A stretch of DNA of 63,329 bases, counting the filler, from Nitrospirae bacterium MYbin3 (GTDB taxonomy: Bacteria > Nitrospirota > Thermodesulfovibrionia > Thermodesulfovibrionales > Dissulfurispiraceae): assembly GCA_002753335.1 (NCBI GenBank). It is 15 parts of 15 records of this genome, joined end to end, with 100 filler letters (N's around TTAATTAATTAA, not from the genome) between each part and the next. Parts side by side here need not be neighbours in the genome. Positions count along the whole stretch, not along the records: positions 27,624 to 32,100 come from PEAD01000054.1; positions 32,201 to 35,734 come from PEAD01000055.1; positions 35,835 to 39,331 come from PEAD01000056.1; positions 39,432 to 42,675 come from PEAD01000057.1; 11 more parts are not named here. The stretch is one strand, 5' to 3'. Both the position numbers and the translations under genes were made by a program. The notes under the pieces are model-generated. The model was given only the letters and a program-made list of their open reading frames with translations, did no database searches and had not been told where the DNA came from. Below, in pieces: positions 29,606 to 40,816 of this stretch (within the stretch, counting starts at the first letter, position 1; each line of letters opens with the position of its first letter).

Positions 29606-30259
29606 TTGGGTCAGAAGACTAACCCCATTGGCAACAGGATAGGAATAACAAGGACGTGGGAGTCCAGGTGGTATGCTAAAAGAGGTTATACCGAGCAGCT
29701 GCTGGAGGATCTGCGTGTCCGCGATCTTATAAAAAAGAAATTATCTCATGCTGGGGTTTCAAAGATAGAGATAGAGCGTCCTGGCCAAAAGATGAAGGTG
29801 ATAATATATACCGCAAGGCCCGGAATTATAATCGGCAAAAAAGGCGCTGAAGTTGAAAAACTGAAAAAAGAGATAGAGTCAATAAACGGCAAGCAGGTTG
29901 CGGTTGATATAAAGGAAATACGTAAACCTGAGGTTAATGCCCAGCTTGTGTCCGAGAATATTGCGCTTCAACTCGAAAAGCGGGTCGCATTTAGAAGAGC
30001 GCTTAAGAGGGCTGTAGCTTCAGCTATGAGATTCGGGGCTTTAGGGATAAAGGTCCAGTGTTCCGGAAGGCTTGCAGGGGCCGAAATTGCAAGAACCGAA
30101 TGGTATAGGGAGGGCAGGGTTCCTCTTAGTACTTTCAGGGCTGATATTGATTATGGTTTTACCGAAGCGAGGACTACTTACGGGAAGATAGGAATAAAAG
30201 TGTGGATTTATCATGGAGACATTCTTGCTGAGCATTCAAACTCGGCCGTAGGAGAATAA
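29606..30259 (+). CDS. rpsC: 30S ribosomal protein S3
   Basis: [10 protein letters not shown]...[10 protein letters not shown]...GRVPL. Confidence 0.99.
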   Translation: MGQKTNPIGNRIGITRTWESRWYAKRGYTEQLLEDLRVRDLIKKKLSHAGVSKIEIERPGQKMKVIIYTARPGIIIGKKGAEVEKLKKEIESINGKQVAVDIKEIRKPEVNAQLVSENIALQLEKRVAFRRALKRAVASAMRFGALGIKVQCSGRLAGAEIARTEWYREGRVPLSTFRADIDYGFTEARTTYGKIGIKVWIYHGDILAEHSNSAVGE

Positions 30260-30261
30260 CT

Positions 30262-30681
30262 ATGCTTGCACCTAAAAAGATAAAATTCAGAAAGATGATG
30301 AAGGGCAATATGAACGGTAAGGCATACCGTGGCTCTGAAGTTTCTTTCGGTGAGTTCGGAATAAAAGCGATGGAACCCGGATGGATTACTAGCAGACAGA
30401 TTGAGGCGGCGAGAGTTGCCATAACCAGACCGGCTAAGAAGGGGTGCAAGGTATGGATCAGGATTTTCCCTGACAAGCCGATAACACGCAAACCTGCCGA
30501 GACAAGAATGGGTAAGGGAAAAGGCAATCCTGAATTTTGGGTGGCGGTGGTAAAGCCGGGCCGTGTTATTTATGAGGTTTCGGGCATCACCGAAGAAGTG
30601 GCAAAACAGGCTTTTCTCAGAGCCTCACGCAAACTTCCGATAGCAACAAAATTTGTTAAGAGAGAGGAGGCTGTGGCATGA
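30262..30681 (+). CDS. rplP: 50S ribosomal protein L16
   Basis: RQIEAARVA...RMGKGKG. Confidence 0.99.
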   Translation: MLAPKKIKFRKMMKGNMNGKAYRGSEVSFGEFGIKAMEPGWITSRQIEAARVAITRPAKKGCKVWIRIFPDKPITRKPAETRMGKGKGNPEFWVAVVKPGRVIYEVSGITEEVAKQAFLRASRKLPIATKFVKREEAVA

Positions 30682-30881
30682 AGCTCTCCGAAATTAGAAT
30701 GTTGACGCAAGAGGAGCTGCAGCAGAAAGAAGCAGATATGAGAAAGGAGCTTTTCAATCTCAGGTTTCAGCTCTCTAAGGGTGAATTGCAGAACAATATG
30801 AGAGTGAAAGAGGTTAGAAAGGACATAGCGCGGATTCTCACCGTAATCACCGAAAAGACGAGAGGGAAAGCAAATGCCTAA
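30678..30881 (+). CDS. rpmC: 50S ribosomal protein L29
   Basis: ELFNLRFQ...RKDIARILT. Confidence 0.97.
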   Translation: MKLSEIRMLTQEELQQKEADMRKELFNLRFQLSKGELQNNMRVKEVRKDIARILTVITEKTRGKANA

Positions 30882-31122
30882 GAAGGTTTATACCGGTAAA
30901 GTTGTAAGTGACAAAATGGATAAGACGGTGGTGGTGGCTGTTACGAGAACATTCCAGCACCCTGTTTTTAAGAAGACGATAAAGAAAATTACAAAGTTCA
31001 AAGCGCACGATGAGGAAAATAAATGCAAGACCGGAGATCAGGTCGAGATCATCGAAAGCAGACCGTTAAGCAAGGATAAGCGCTGGCAGATTATTAAAAT
31101 AGTTGAAGGCGAGGGCAGGTAA
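30874..31122 (+). CDS. rpsQ: 30S ribosomal protein S17
   Basis: [12 protein letters not shown]...RPLSKDKRW. Confidence 0.98.
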   Translation: MPKKVYTGKVVSDKMDKTVVVAVTRTFQHPVFKKTIKKITKFKAHDEENKCKTGDQVEIIESRPLSKDKRWQIIKIVEGEGR

Positions 31123-31124
31123 TC

Positions 31125-31493
31125 ATGGTACAGAATTTAAGCATCCTTGATGTGGCCGACAACTCTGGAGCTAAAAAAGTTTTATGTATAAGAGTTCTTG
31201 GCGGCTCCAACAGAAGGTATGCAAGGCTTGGAGATATTATAGTTGTCAGTGTTAAGGAGGCTATTCCGGACGGCAATATTAAAAAAGGTGCTGTTGCCAA
31301 GGCTGTTGTAGTTAGAACAAAAAAAGAAACCAGAAGGCCGGACGGCTCGTATATAAGATTTGACCAGAATGCAGTTGTGATACTTAATAACCAGATGGAG
31401 CCGGTAGGAACTAGAATCTTTGGCCCGGTAGCAAGGGAGCTGCGTTGGAGAGAATTTATGAAGATAATTTCTCTTGCTCCTGAAGTGTTATAG
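31125..31493 (+). CDS. rplN: 50S ribosomal protein L14
   Basis: VADNSGAK...[12 protein letters not shown]. Confidence 0.99.
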   Translation: MVQNLSILDVADNSGAKKVLCIRVLGGSNRRYARLGDIIVVSVKEAIPDGNIKKGAVAKAVVVRTKKETRRPDGSYIRFDQNAVVILNNQMEPVGTRIFGPVARELRWREFMKIISLAPEVL

Positions 31494-31516
31494 CAAAGAG
31501 GTCGCAGGAGGATAAA

Positions 31517-31834
31517 GTGGGTTTGAAAATAAAGAAAAATGATACAGTGGTGGTTTTAACCGGGAAGAACAAGGGAAAGAGCGGAAGGGTGCTTTCTGTT
31601 CATCCATCAAAAGAAAAACTTATAATTGAAGGCATTAATGTTGTTAAGAAGCATATGAAGCCTAACAAACAGTATTCACAGGGCGGCATAATTGATAAAG
31701 AGTCTCCTGTGCATATCTCAAACGCTATGCTTATCTGCCCTAAATGCAGCAAGCCTACCAGAATCGGGAATGCTCTTCTCGACGAGGGCAGAAAGGCGCG
31801 GACGTGCAAGAAGTGTAAGGAGGTTATAGACTAA
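31517..31834 (+). CDS. rplX: 50S ribosomal protein L24 (CxxC...CxxC variant)
   Basis: [12 protein letters not shown]...[12 protein letters not shown] and CKKC. Confidence 0.97.
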   Translation: MGLKIKKNDTVVVLTGKNKGKSGRVLSVHPSKEKLIIEGINVVKKHMKPNKQYSQGGIIDKESPVHISNAMLICPKCSKPTRIGNALLDEGRKARTCKKCKEVID

Positions 31835-31836
31835 TA

Positions 31837-32100
31837 ATGGCACCCAGGCTTAAGGAAAAATACACAAAAGAAGTTTTGCCTGCCCTGATGAAGGAATTTT
31901 CTTTCAAAAATATAATGCAGGCTCCTAAGATACAGAAAATAATAGTGCATGTTACGTTAGGAGAAGCCCTGCAGAACGTAAAGGTTCTTGATGCTGCAGA
32001 AAAGGAATTAGCGGCTATCACAGGACAAAAGCCGCTTATTACAAAATCTAAAAAAGCGATTGCTGGGTTTAAGCTGAAGCAGGGTGCTCCCATTGGATGC
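31837..32100 (+). CDS. rplE: 50S ribosomal protein L5 (3'-truncated)
   Basis: RLKEKY...ITGQKP...AGFKL...IGC. Confidence 0.97.
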
Positions 32101-32200
32101 NNNNNNNNNNNNNNNNNNNNNNNNNNNNNNNNNNNNNNNNNNNNTTAATTAATTAANNNNNNNNNNNNNNNNNNNNNNNNNNNNNNNNNNNNNNNNNNNN

Positions 32201-32727
32201 GCTATCTGCTGAAGATGAATCATGTCTGACTTCGCAAAAACACTGCACCTTCCCGCGATCTTTGAGGGCCGTTTTGAGACGACCGCTAATTCGCTGAACT
32301 CCTCTATAGTCAGACGCAGGCGTTCCGCCTGCTGTTCAAGAAACGACCCGGTACCTGCAGCGCAGACTGAATTGAGAGAAAAATCCTTTATGCTGCCGTC
32401 TTCGAGAATTATAAGTTTGGAGTCTTCCCCTCCCATCTCGATTACGGTTCTTATTAAAGGATAAAGTTTTCTTAACGAATAAGACTGGGAAACAATCTCG
32501 TTAACAGGCTTTATGCCGAACGCCGAAGCGATCGCCTTGCCTGCAGAGCCGGTAATAGAAAGCGAGGAATGCGGATATTTCTTTGTTAAATCCTTCAGCT
32601 GCTCAAACGCAGCTTTTGCAGGGTGGCCGCAATGCCTTATATAACGGCCTTCAAGCTTTGCGCCTTTTTCATCGAGAACCGATAATTTTACCGATACTGA
32701 TCCGGCGTCAAGACCTAAAAAATACAT
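32201..32727 (-). CDS. CoA-substrate-specific enzyme activase (BadF/BadG/BcrA/D ATPase), 3'-truncated
   Basis: GLDAGSVSVK, EMGGEDSK, CAAGTGSFLE and RCSVFAKSD. Confidence 0.9.
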
Positions 32728-32735
32728 GCCCCCCT

Positions 32736-34124
32736 CTACTGATGCCTTTGATAAATGTCGTCGTACCTTACTATATCGTCCTCGCCAACATATTCGCCAT
32801 TCTGCACCTCTATTATCTCAAGCGAAATCTTGCCCGGATTTTCGAGCCTGTGAAGCTCAGACTTCGGCACAAAAACCGATTCATTCTCATGCACCGTTAT
32901 CTCTTTATCACCTGTTGTAACCTTTGCTGTGCCCTTTATCACAACCCAGTGCTCTGAACGGTGATAATGCTTCTGCAGGCTGAGCTTCTCTCCGGGATTT
33001 ACCGCAATTCGTTTTATCTTGTATCTCGGCCCCTCTTCCAAAACCGTGTAGCTGCCCCACGGCCGGTACACGGTGGTATGCTCTACAGCCTCTATCCTCT
33101 GCTGACTTTTTAGGGTCTCAACAATATCCTTCACCTTCTGCGCCTCGCCTTTTTTGGCTATCAAAAGCGCATCTCCCGTATCAACTATAAGACAGTCCTT
33201 CATCCCTATCGTGGCTATCAGCCTTTTATCGCCTATTATCAAAGATTCATCAGTATTTATCTTTACGGCATCCCCCAACCCGGCATTGCCGTGGTCGTCT
33301 TTTTCAAGCACCTCGAAAACCGAATCCCACGATCCAATATCGTTCCAATAAATATCAAGCGGCACAATCGCTGCCTTCGACGACTTTTCCATAACCGCAT
33401 AGTCGATAGATATGTCGGAAAGGCTTTCAAATTCTGCCGCAAACTCATCAAAACTTTTTGCCATCATAACGTCTATTTCGGGGGCATGCAGTTTCAGTTC
33501 GGCCAGCATTGTATCTATTCTGAATACAAACATGCCGGAGTTCCAATAATAGCAGCCCTCTCTTACATATCTTTCCGCAGTATCCCTGTCCGGCTTCTCT
33601 GCGAATCTCTCGACTTTGCATGCGTCAACGCCATCTAAGTTTCCGATCTTTTCGCCGGCCTTGATATAACCGTATCCAGTCTCGGGTTTATTAGGTTTTA
33701 TTCCGAATGTGACAACAAAATCTTTCTTTGCGATATCAGAAGCAATTCGAACATAGCGCGAGAAGGATTCAACAGGCTTTATCACATGGTCCGATGGCGT
33801 GACCATGATTACTTCATCCATGCCGCATCCCAATTTTTCGATGCAGTACTTTATGCCGAGAGCTATGGCCGGAGCGGTATTCCGCGCTGCAGGTTCAAGA
33901 ACAATGTGGCCTTCACCACCAAGGTCCGACTGAACATAAAACCTGTATCCGCTGTTTGTAAGCACTACGATATCATTCATAGAAAGCGTTGGGGTCAATC
34001 TCTCGACAGTTTGAGCGAGCAAAGACTTATCGCTGTTCAGCTTCAGGAATTGCTTCGGATAGTTCTTTCTCGAAAGCGGCCAAAGCCGCGTACCACTTCC
34101 TCCTGCAAGTATCAAAGCCTTCAT
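32736..34124 (-). CDS. manC: Mannose-1-phosphate guanylyltransferase / mannose-6-phosphate isomerase
   Basis: LAGGSGTRLWPLSR..PKQF, WNSGMF, RPWG and a cupin C-terminus. Confidence 0.96.
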   Translation of the reverse strand: MKALILAGGSGTRLWPLSRKNYPKQFLKLNSDKSLLAQTVERLTPTLSMNDIVVLTNSGYRFYVQSDLGGEGHIVLEPAARNTAPAIALGIKYCIEKLGCGMDEVIMVTPSDHVIKPVESFSRYVRIASDIAKKDFVVTFGIKPNKPETGYGYIKAGEKIGNLDGVDACKVERFAEKPDRDTAERYVREGCYYWNSGMFVFRIDTMLAELKLHAPEIDVMMAKSFDEFAAEFESLSDISIDYAVMEKSSKAAIVPLDIYWNDIGSWDSVFEVLEKDDHGNAGLGDAVKINTDESLIIGDKRLIATIGMKDCLIVDTGDALLIAKKGEAQKVKDIVETLKSQQRIEAVEHTTVYRPWGSYTVLEEGPRYKIKRIAVNPGEKLSLQKHYHRSEHWVVIKGTAKVTTGDKEITVHENESVFVPKSELHRLENPGKISLEIIEVQNGEYVGEDDIVRYDDIYQRHQ

Positions 34125-35548
34125 GCAGCCTCCATCGCAGATGCCAGCTCTCTTTCGAGAAATGTCCTGTAATTATTAAGACTAATTTCGTCTATCGCCT
34201 CGACCCTTATAACTATAACAGGCTGTGTATTGCTGGTCCTCACAAGCCCCCACCCTTTTTCAAAAAACACCCTGATTCCGTCTGTTGTATCTGTGGCGCT
34301 TATCCTGCAATCCGCGCTATCTGCGCCTATTAACGCCTTGAACTTATCCGCAACCTTTTCAACCACTCGTTTTTTCAGGCTGTCAGAACATTCTATCCTT
34401 ATCTCCGGAGTAAAACAAGCCTTAGGCACGCCTTCAAGGAGGCCTTTTACAGCTTTCCCTGTTTTTTTCATAATCTCGACGAGCCTCAATGTGGTGTAAA
34501 GCGCATCGTCATATCCGAAATAGCGGTCAGCAATAAATATGTGGCCGCTGAACTCCCCTGCAAGCAGCGCCTTTTCGTCTCTCATCTTCTGTTTGACCAA
34601 AGAGTGTCCTGTCTTCCACATTATAGGGTTGCCGCCGTGGGCTTTTATATCGTCAAACATGCGCTGCGAGCATTTCACATCGCCGATAATAGTCGCACCC
34701 GGCCTTTCTTTGAGCAAGGCGCGTCCGAGTATTATCATCAACTGGTCGCCCCATATGACATTGCCCTCATCATCAACAACGCCAATCCTATCGGAGTCGC
34801 CGTCATAGCCCACGCCTATGTCCGCGCCGCTCTTTTTTGTTTCTTCGATGAGATCTCTTATGTATTCCACAACCGTGGGGTCGGGATGGTGGTTGGGAAA
34901 GCTGCCGTCCGGCTCGCAATAAAGCTCTATCACATCGCAGCCTGCTGCTTTTAGTATTTCGGGGATAACAGTTCCTGCAGTTCCGTTGCCTGCATCAACA
35001 ACGACCTTCAGCCTTTTGAAATCCTGTGCGCCTAAGTAAGAAAACTGCTCAAACATATAACGCTTGTATTCCGATACCGCATCAAAGCTCTCAACGCTGC
35101 CTTTTAATGGAGCGTCCGCAGTAGCGTCGCTGAATATAATATCCTTCAACTCCTGAATATCCTTGCCATGAATAGTTTCTTTACCGATGCTTATCTTGAA
35201 GCCGTTGTATTCGGGCGGGTTGTGGCTTCCTGTAATCATCACCCCGCCGTCAAGATTCAGATGAAAAAGAGAGAAGTATTGAACCGGAGTTGGACAGACG
35301 CCTATATCAAACACATTAAGACCTGTCGAAACAATCCCTTCAATCAAACCTGAAGCAAGCTCGCCAGAGCTGTTTCTCACATCCCTGCCAACGCTCACGC
35401 GTTTGGCTTCCGTATTTCTGCGCATAAGCATAATACCGAAGGCACTGCCGATAGAGTACGCAACATCCGTGCTGAGCTCTTTGCCGACAATGCCCCTTAT
35501 GTCGTATTCCCTGAAAATATGCGGATTTATCATGCCAGAAGTTTTCAT
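34121..35548 (-). CDS. Phosphomannomutase/phosphoglucomutase (AlgC-like)
   Basis: FREYDIRG, TGSHNP, DGDSDR and GEFSGH. Confidence 0.95.
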   Translation of the reverse strand: MKTSGMINPHIFREYDIRGIVGKELSTDVAYSIGSAFGIMLMRRNTEAKRVSVGRDVRNSSGELASGLIEGIVSTGLNVFDIGVCPTPVQYFSLFHLNLDGGVMITGSHNPPEYNGFKISIGKETIHGKDIQELKDIIFSDATADAPLKGSVESFDAVSEYKRYMFEQFSYLGAQDFKRLKVVVDAGNGTAGTVIPEILKAAGCDVIELYCEPDGSFPNHHPDPTVVEYIRDLIEETKKSGADIGVGYDGDSDRIGVVDDEGNVIWGDQLMIILGRALLKERPGATIIGDVKCSQRMFDDIKAHGGNPIMWKTGHSLVKQKMRDEKALLAGEFSGHIFIADRYFGYDDALYTTLRLVEIMKKTGKAVKGLLEGVPKACFTPEIRIECSDSLKKRVVEKVADKFKALIGADSADCRISATDTTDGIRVFFEKGWGLVRTSNTQPVIVIRVEAIDEISLNNYRTFLERELASAMEAA

Positions 35549-35834
35549 GCAAGTAGTTCTAAATTTTACCAGAAATAAACAGGATTAAAAAGTTTTTTGA
35601 AAAACTGATACAGGCCAAATTCGCCCAGGGCGAACGCACTATGTGAGGTATAGGGGATAGTGTAGGCATAATAAGTGCAATAACATAGGCACTAACTTAA
35701 AGGGGGAGCCTATGTTACCGAATCCGAAGCCGTANNNNNNNNNNNNNNNNNNNNNNNNNNNNNNNNNNNNNNNNNNNNTTAATTAATTAANNNNNNNNNN
35801 NNNNNNNNNNNNNNNNNNNNNNNNNNNNNNNNNN

Positions 35835-36240
35835 TTTCTTTTGTACTTTCTTTTGAGGGTATCAATTCTGATAACGATTTATTATCATTTTCGATAACGC
35901 TCGTTATCGGTTTTGATAACGTTATCAATTTCGATAACGGCTTCCAAGTCGAAAAACTCCTGTTAATACGCCAAGTTATGGACTTTCTGTTATCAGTTTT
36001 GATAATGATTTGCATTTCGACTAAAGTCTTTAAACCCCTGATAACATTAGGTTTTTTGATTCCAGTTAATAGACAAAACTGGCTGAGTGGAATCCAATCC
36101 TCTTTTTTATTCCAACCAAAAGTTTTTCTCAGGATTACATCCAAGAGTTGCCGCGCCTCTCCATTTATACGCATCCGTGCCAGTGCCTCAAGAAGGTCAT
36201 TCGGTACTTTGGTAAAGCCCTCTTCAACCTGTGAGGTCAT
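35835..36240 (-). CDS. Phage lambda O-like replication initiator (3'-truncated)
   Basis: EEGFTKVPNDLLEAL...VILRKTFGWNKKEDWIPLSQF matches the Phage_rep_O N-terminal pattern. Confidence 0.85.
35858..36006. repeat. Five 18-bp palindromic iterons (consensus GTTATC-N6-GATAAC), probable replication origin
   Basis: Copies start at 35858, 35881, 35903, 35921 and 35989, all inside the O-like gene. Confidence 0.85.
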
Positions 36241-36325
36241 TTGCGGTCTCTATGTTGAATATTTGGGTTGCACCGTAGGTCGCTCATATCCGACACGTTG
36301 CCGCCTCTGTTACTATCTGCCATGC

Positions 36326-36514
36326 TCAAATGGATCCTGTCGTGACAATGCTTTTTGAAAGATATTCGTCGACGTCAAATTTATCGTACCGAACATGCCT
36401 ACCGACTTTGTAAAACCTAGGCCCCTTTTTCTTGTGTCTCCAGAAAGTTAAAGTCCTCATCGGTAAACCTAAAGCCGTTGCCGCTTCCTTTGGTGTCAAC
36501 AGTGATTGTGTCAT
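36326..36514 (-). CDS. AlpA/excisionase-like HTH DNA-binding protein
   Basis: LLTPKEAATALG...TLTFWR...GPRFYKVGRHVRY; a GGAGG RBS supports the start at 36514. Confidence 0.85.
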   Translation of the reverse strand: MTQSLLTPKEAATALGLPMRTLTFWRHKKKGPRFYKVGRHVRYDKFDVDEYLSKSIVTTGSI

Positions 36515-36527
36515 ACATGCCTCCATT

Positions 36528-36541
36528 GTTGCATTTGCAAC
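36528..36541. promoter_or_regulatory. Palindromic operator GTTGCATTTGCAAC
   Basis: A 13/14-identical copy lies in inverted orientation at 37154-37167. Confidence 0.55.
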
Positions 36542-36558
36542 ACTAAACTGCAAAAAAA

Positions 36559-37152
36559 CTATGAAAATAGCTTTGCAACCTCTTCTATCACCCAGCGTAA
36601 ATCTATGATGATGCCAGCAGGGTCTTTTCTGGCTTTCCTTTCTTGCCCGTCGTCTGCCTTGAAAACTATATCCCGATAATTTTCTGGCTCAAAGCGTGAA
36701 GTAATATCAGCAACTCGTACATCTTTGTGAGCAATCTTCGTCGAATTTGCCAGCCCTGTAACGATGCTGATAACAGGAAAAGTAAGCCCCTTCGATGGTT
36801 TACCTCTGTCGAGAGCAACATAATCACACCTGCGGATAGCCAACGATATTTTATCCTTGATAATCCGCTGACGTGCCTTTTCACTTCCAAAGCCCAAGTC
36901 CTCTTCGGCATAGAAGTTCGTCCACATAGTAACAAGCGCTATGTTCACATGCCGTGTCGATAAGCCCAGTTCAAGTAACAGACAGCCGATGACCATATAG
37001 CAAGCCTGATTAAACGAATATTCGACGGCGTATCCCTGTTGCTTCGGCATACCCTCGAAAACATCCGCTTCTTTCAATATTGTGGAAATATGGGTTTTTT
37101 TGAACCCCAAACTCAAGAGTTCTTTCATTCTGATGGTTTCTTTTGTCATCAT
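36559..37152 (-). CDS. Hypothetical mobile-element protein, candidate regulator
   Basis: 197-aa ORF heading the HTH/rep operon; an operator overlaps its own promoter. Confidence 0.6.
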   Translation of the reverse strand: MMTKETIRMKELLSLGFKKTHISTILKEADVFEGMPKQQGYAVEYSFNQACYMVIGCLLLELGLSTRHVNIALVTMWTNFYAEEDLGFGSEKARQRIIKDKISLAIRRCDYVALDRGKPSKGLTFPVISIVTGLANSTKIAHKDVRVADITSRFEPENYRDIVFKADDGQERKARKDPAGIIIDLRWVIEEVAKLFS

Positions 37153-37153
37153 G

Positions 37154-37189
37154 GTTGCAAATGTAACATTATGGTTTGGACTTTGTCAA
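37154..37189 (-). promoter_or_regulatory. Sigma70 promoter (TTGACA...TGtTACATT) overlapped by an operator; leaderless transcript likely
   Basis: -35 at 37189-37184; extended -10 ends about 7 nt before the ATG at 37152; no SD sequence. Confidence 0.55.
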
Positions 37190-37715
37190 GTGTTTTTTTG
37201 AAAATATTTTACTACTAAATATTTTCTTTCCAACACCAGCCGACACACGGTTGCAGGAATAGACAACTCTTGCTTGGAAATACGGACATTGCGAATATCA
37301 GATGTTGTGTTTTCTCCTTTTGCCAATGCTGCAACTGTTTCACTATTAGCAGATACCCTATACTCATTCCACCCTTCATATACCAACCACCGGCGCACCC
37401 ACCTTTTTATTTTCCTGCTTCGCCCGTAATCCAAGTAGCGCGGATGTTTAATATATCTGAAGCCCGACGTTGCCCATCTGTCCCTTCAACCTGAATTTAT
37501 CCTTAGCCAGTTCTGACATGATAATCTAATCTTAGGTGAAGTTGACTTAGAACGTTCGGCATAGGTATGATTATGCTATCAAGTGGAGATACGCTTTGAC
37601 AAATGTTCTACATCACCGGAACACATGCTCGTCTTCGCCGGATTGCACATAGGAACTGATTGTATATCAAAAAATGGCCATTTTTTAAAGGTTAAAACTG
37701 ATAGTAGGCAGAATA

Positions 37716-39331
37716 ATGAGATTAACACCATACCACGCAAAATATTATGCGTATGAGCTTACTAAGAGGTGCTCATCCGATAGCCTCAGAAAACTTGCCG
37801 TTTCACTGTCCGACGCACAGGTAGATTTGAACCCTCATCAGGTAGAAGCTGCCCTCTTTGCGTTTCGGTCTCCTTTATCGAAGGGGGCAATATTAGCAGA
37901 TGAGGTTGGATTAGGAAAGACTATTGAAGCCGGAATACTCCTTTCTCAGAAATGGGCGGAACGTAAGAAGCAAATTTTAATTATTCTGCCGTCTAATCTC
38001 CGTAAGCAGTGGAATCAGGAACTTCTCGATAAGTTTTTCCTTCCCACCATTATTCTGGAGACACAGTCCTTTAATCAGGAGATTAAGAAGGGGAATCTAA
38101 ATCCTTTCAAACAGCAAGACATAGTAATTTGCTCCTATCACTTCGCAAGAACAAAAGACGTGTTTATTAAGCAGATTAACTGGGATTTGGTTGTCATTGA
38201 TGAGGCACACCGGCTGAGAAATGTCTATAAGAACTCTAATAAGATTGCCAGTGCCGTAAAAAATGCCGTAGCGCACTGTCCTAAACTCCTGCTGACTGCA
38301 ACGCCCCTGCAAAACTCTCTCATGGAGCTTTACGGGCTGGTAAGCATTATTGATGACTATACCTTTGGAGATTTACAGAGCTTTAAGAGCCAATTTGCGC
38401 GGTTGACCAGTAACTTTGATGACTTAAAGGAGCGGCTTAAACCTATCTGTAAGCGGACACTGAGAAGGCAGGTTTTAGAGTATATCAAATATACCAACCG
38501 GATTCCGATTACTCAGGAATTTATTCCAACAGAAGCAGAACAGAAACTTTACGACTTGGTATCTGAATATCTGCAAAGCCCTAATCTGTATGCGTTACCT
38601 CCAGGGCAGAGGCAGCTTATGACCCTTATTTTACGCAAACTCCTTGCCTCTTCTACTTATGCTATCTCAGGCACATTAGAAGCATTGGCAAAGAAGTTAG
38701 GCGGTATAGTTGAAAATCAGGAGAATCTTCCCCTGATTGACAGCACTATCGCGGAAGACTTTGAGACCCTCGACGAGTTGAAGGATGAATGGACAGATGA
38801 CGACGAAGAGACAGAAGAGACCAAAGTATATACCCCTGAGGAGCTGAAATCCATAAGGGAAGAGATAGTGTCGCTTAAACAGTTCTATGCATTAGCCAAC
38901 TCTATCAGGAAAAACTCCAAAGGAGAGGTTTTAATCCAAGCGTTAAAGGCAGGGTTTGCTGAAGCTGAAAAAAGAGGGGGCAGTAAGAAGGCTCTCATCT
39001 TCACCGAATCTACAAGAACCCAGAGATATTTAGTAGATGTACTGGAAAATACCGAATATAAGGGGAAGACGGTTATCTTCAATGGTTCAAACAATGACCC
39101 AAAATCCAAAGAAATATATAAGAAATGGCTCGAAAAACATCATGGTACGGATAGAATCACCGGCTCGAAGACTGCCGATATGAGGGCAGCGATTGTAGAT
39201 TACTTTGAAAATGAAGCGGTTATTATGATTGCAACGGAGGCCGCAGGGGAAGGCATCAACTTGCAGTTCTGCTCATTGGTTGTAAATTATGACCTGCCGT
39301 GGAACCCCCAGAGGATAGAACAGCGTATTGG
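37716..39331 (+). CDS. SNF2-family helicase, N-terminal part (continues in the next contig)
   Basis: LADEVGLGKT, DEAH, LTATP and GEGINLQ...LPWNP motifs. Confidence 0.93.
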
Positions 39332-39434
39332 NNNNNNNNNNNNNNNNNNNNNNNNNNNNNNNNNNNNNNNNNNNNTTAATTAATTAANNNNNNNNNNNNN
39401 NNNNNNNNNNNNNNNNNNNNNNNNNNNNNNNCGG

Positions 39435-40803
39435 TGAAGCGGTTATTATGATTGCAACGGAGGCCGCAGGGGAAGGCATCAACTTGCAGTTCTGCTCATT
39501 GGTTGTAAATTATGACCTGCCGTGGAACCCCCAGAGGATAGAACAGCGTATTGGCCGCTGCCACCGGTATGGACAGAAGCATGATGTTGTAGTCGTTAAT
39601 TTTCTGAATAAGAAAAATGCCGCAGACCAAAGAGTTTATCAGCTCCTTGCGGAGAAATTCAGATTGTTTGACGGCGTATTTGGGGCAAGTGATGAGGTGC
39701 TTGGCAGTATTGAATCCGGTGTGGATTTTGAAAAGAGAATTGCGCAGATTTATCAGAGCTGCCGGACTGAAGAGGAGATACAAGCCTCTTTTGACGCCTT
39801 GCAGAGGGAACTTGAACCCCGGATAGATGAAACAATGAACCTTACGCGCCAAAAACTCCTTGAGAACTTCGATGAGGAAGTGCATGAAAAGCTCAGGATT
39901 AATCTGTTGCAGAGCAAGGAGTATCTGTCGAAATATGAGGGCTGGTTATGGGATATAACTAGTTACTACCTGCAACATTACGCAGACTTTTCAGAGGATG
40001 GTCAGTCATTTACTTTAAGAGAGAACCCTTTCAGCGAAGAGAAGATATATCCCGGCCCATACCGGATAGGAAAGAATGTTGATGACGCAAATATATACAG
40101 AATAGGTCATCCATTAGCACAGCGAATAGTAGGGCAGTGTAAAGCAGCTTCGTTAGAATCTCAGACTATATCTTTTCAGTATTCCGGCTCAGGCAAGAAA
40201 ATAAGCATACTGGAGTCCCTTGTGGGGAAATCCGGCTGGCTGTCACTCATCAATTTAGCAATCAATTCATTTGAAGCCGAAGACAATATCCTTTTTTGCG
40301 GTATTATCGATGACGCCGGTGAATTAGATAAAGAGCAATGCCAGAGGCTATTTTCATTACCCGCCGCAATAAACCGCCTTGAATCTGATATTACAGACGC
40401 AGAGTGGAGTCGAATTAATCAAATCGCGTATCAACAGCAAGTAGATATACTGAGGATTAACTTAGAACGTAACGCTGGTTTTTTTGATAATGAAATCTAT
40501 AAGCTGGACAAGTGGGCGGAAGATAAAAAGAACAGCCTTGAGATTGAGCTGAAGGAATTGGATAGAGAAATAAAGTTCAGGAAAACAGAAGCAAGAAAGA
40601 TTTTAAGTCTCGAAGAAAAGATTAAAACCCAACGGCAGATTAAAGAAATGGAAAAGAAGCGGAATACGTTGAGAATGAACCTGTATCAGGCGCAAGACGA
40701 TGTTGACGGCAGGAAAGAAACCCTGATAAATGATATTGAGGCGCAGTTAAAACCGAAGGTAGAATCAAAGGAGTTGTTTCTTGTAAAATGGATATTAAAA
40801 TAG
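39435..40803 (+). CDS. SNF2-family helicase, C-terminal part (same gene as 37716-39331)
   Basis: 39435-39554 is identical to 39212-39331; contains [12 protein letters not shown]; the merged ORF is 2865 nt (954 aa). Confidence 0.9.
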
Positions 40804-40816
40804 GAGGCGGGATGGG

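Noticed and set aside
35610..35700. Possible c-di-GMP-I riboswitch (GGCCAAA-stem-CGCA) upstream of a truncated ORF
   Set aside because: Lacks the GNRA tetraloop and a convincing second stem; an Infernal/Rfam hit would be needed.
39212..39554. Apparent tandem duplication or two SNF2 genes
   Set aside because: An exact 120-bp overlap of two contig ends; merging restores one in-frame 954-aa gene.
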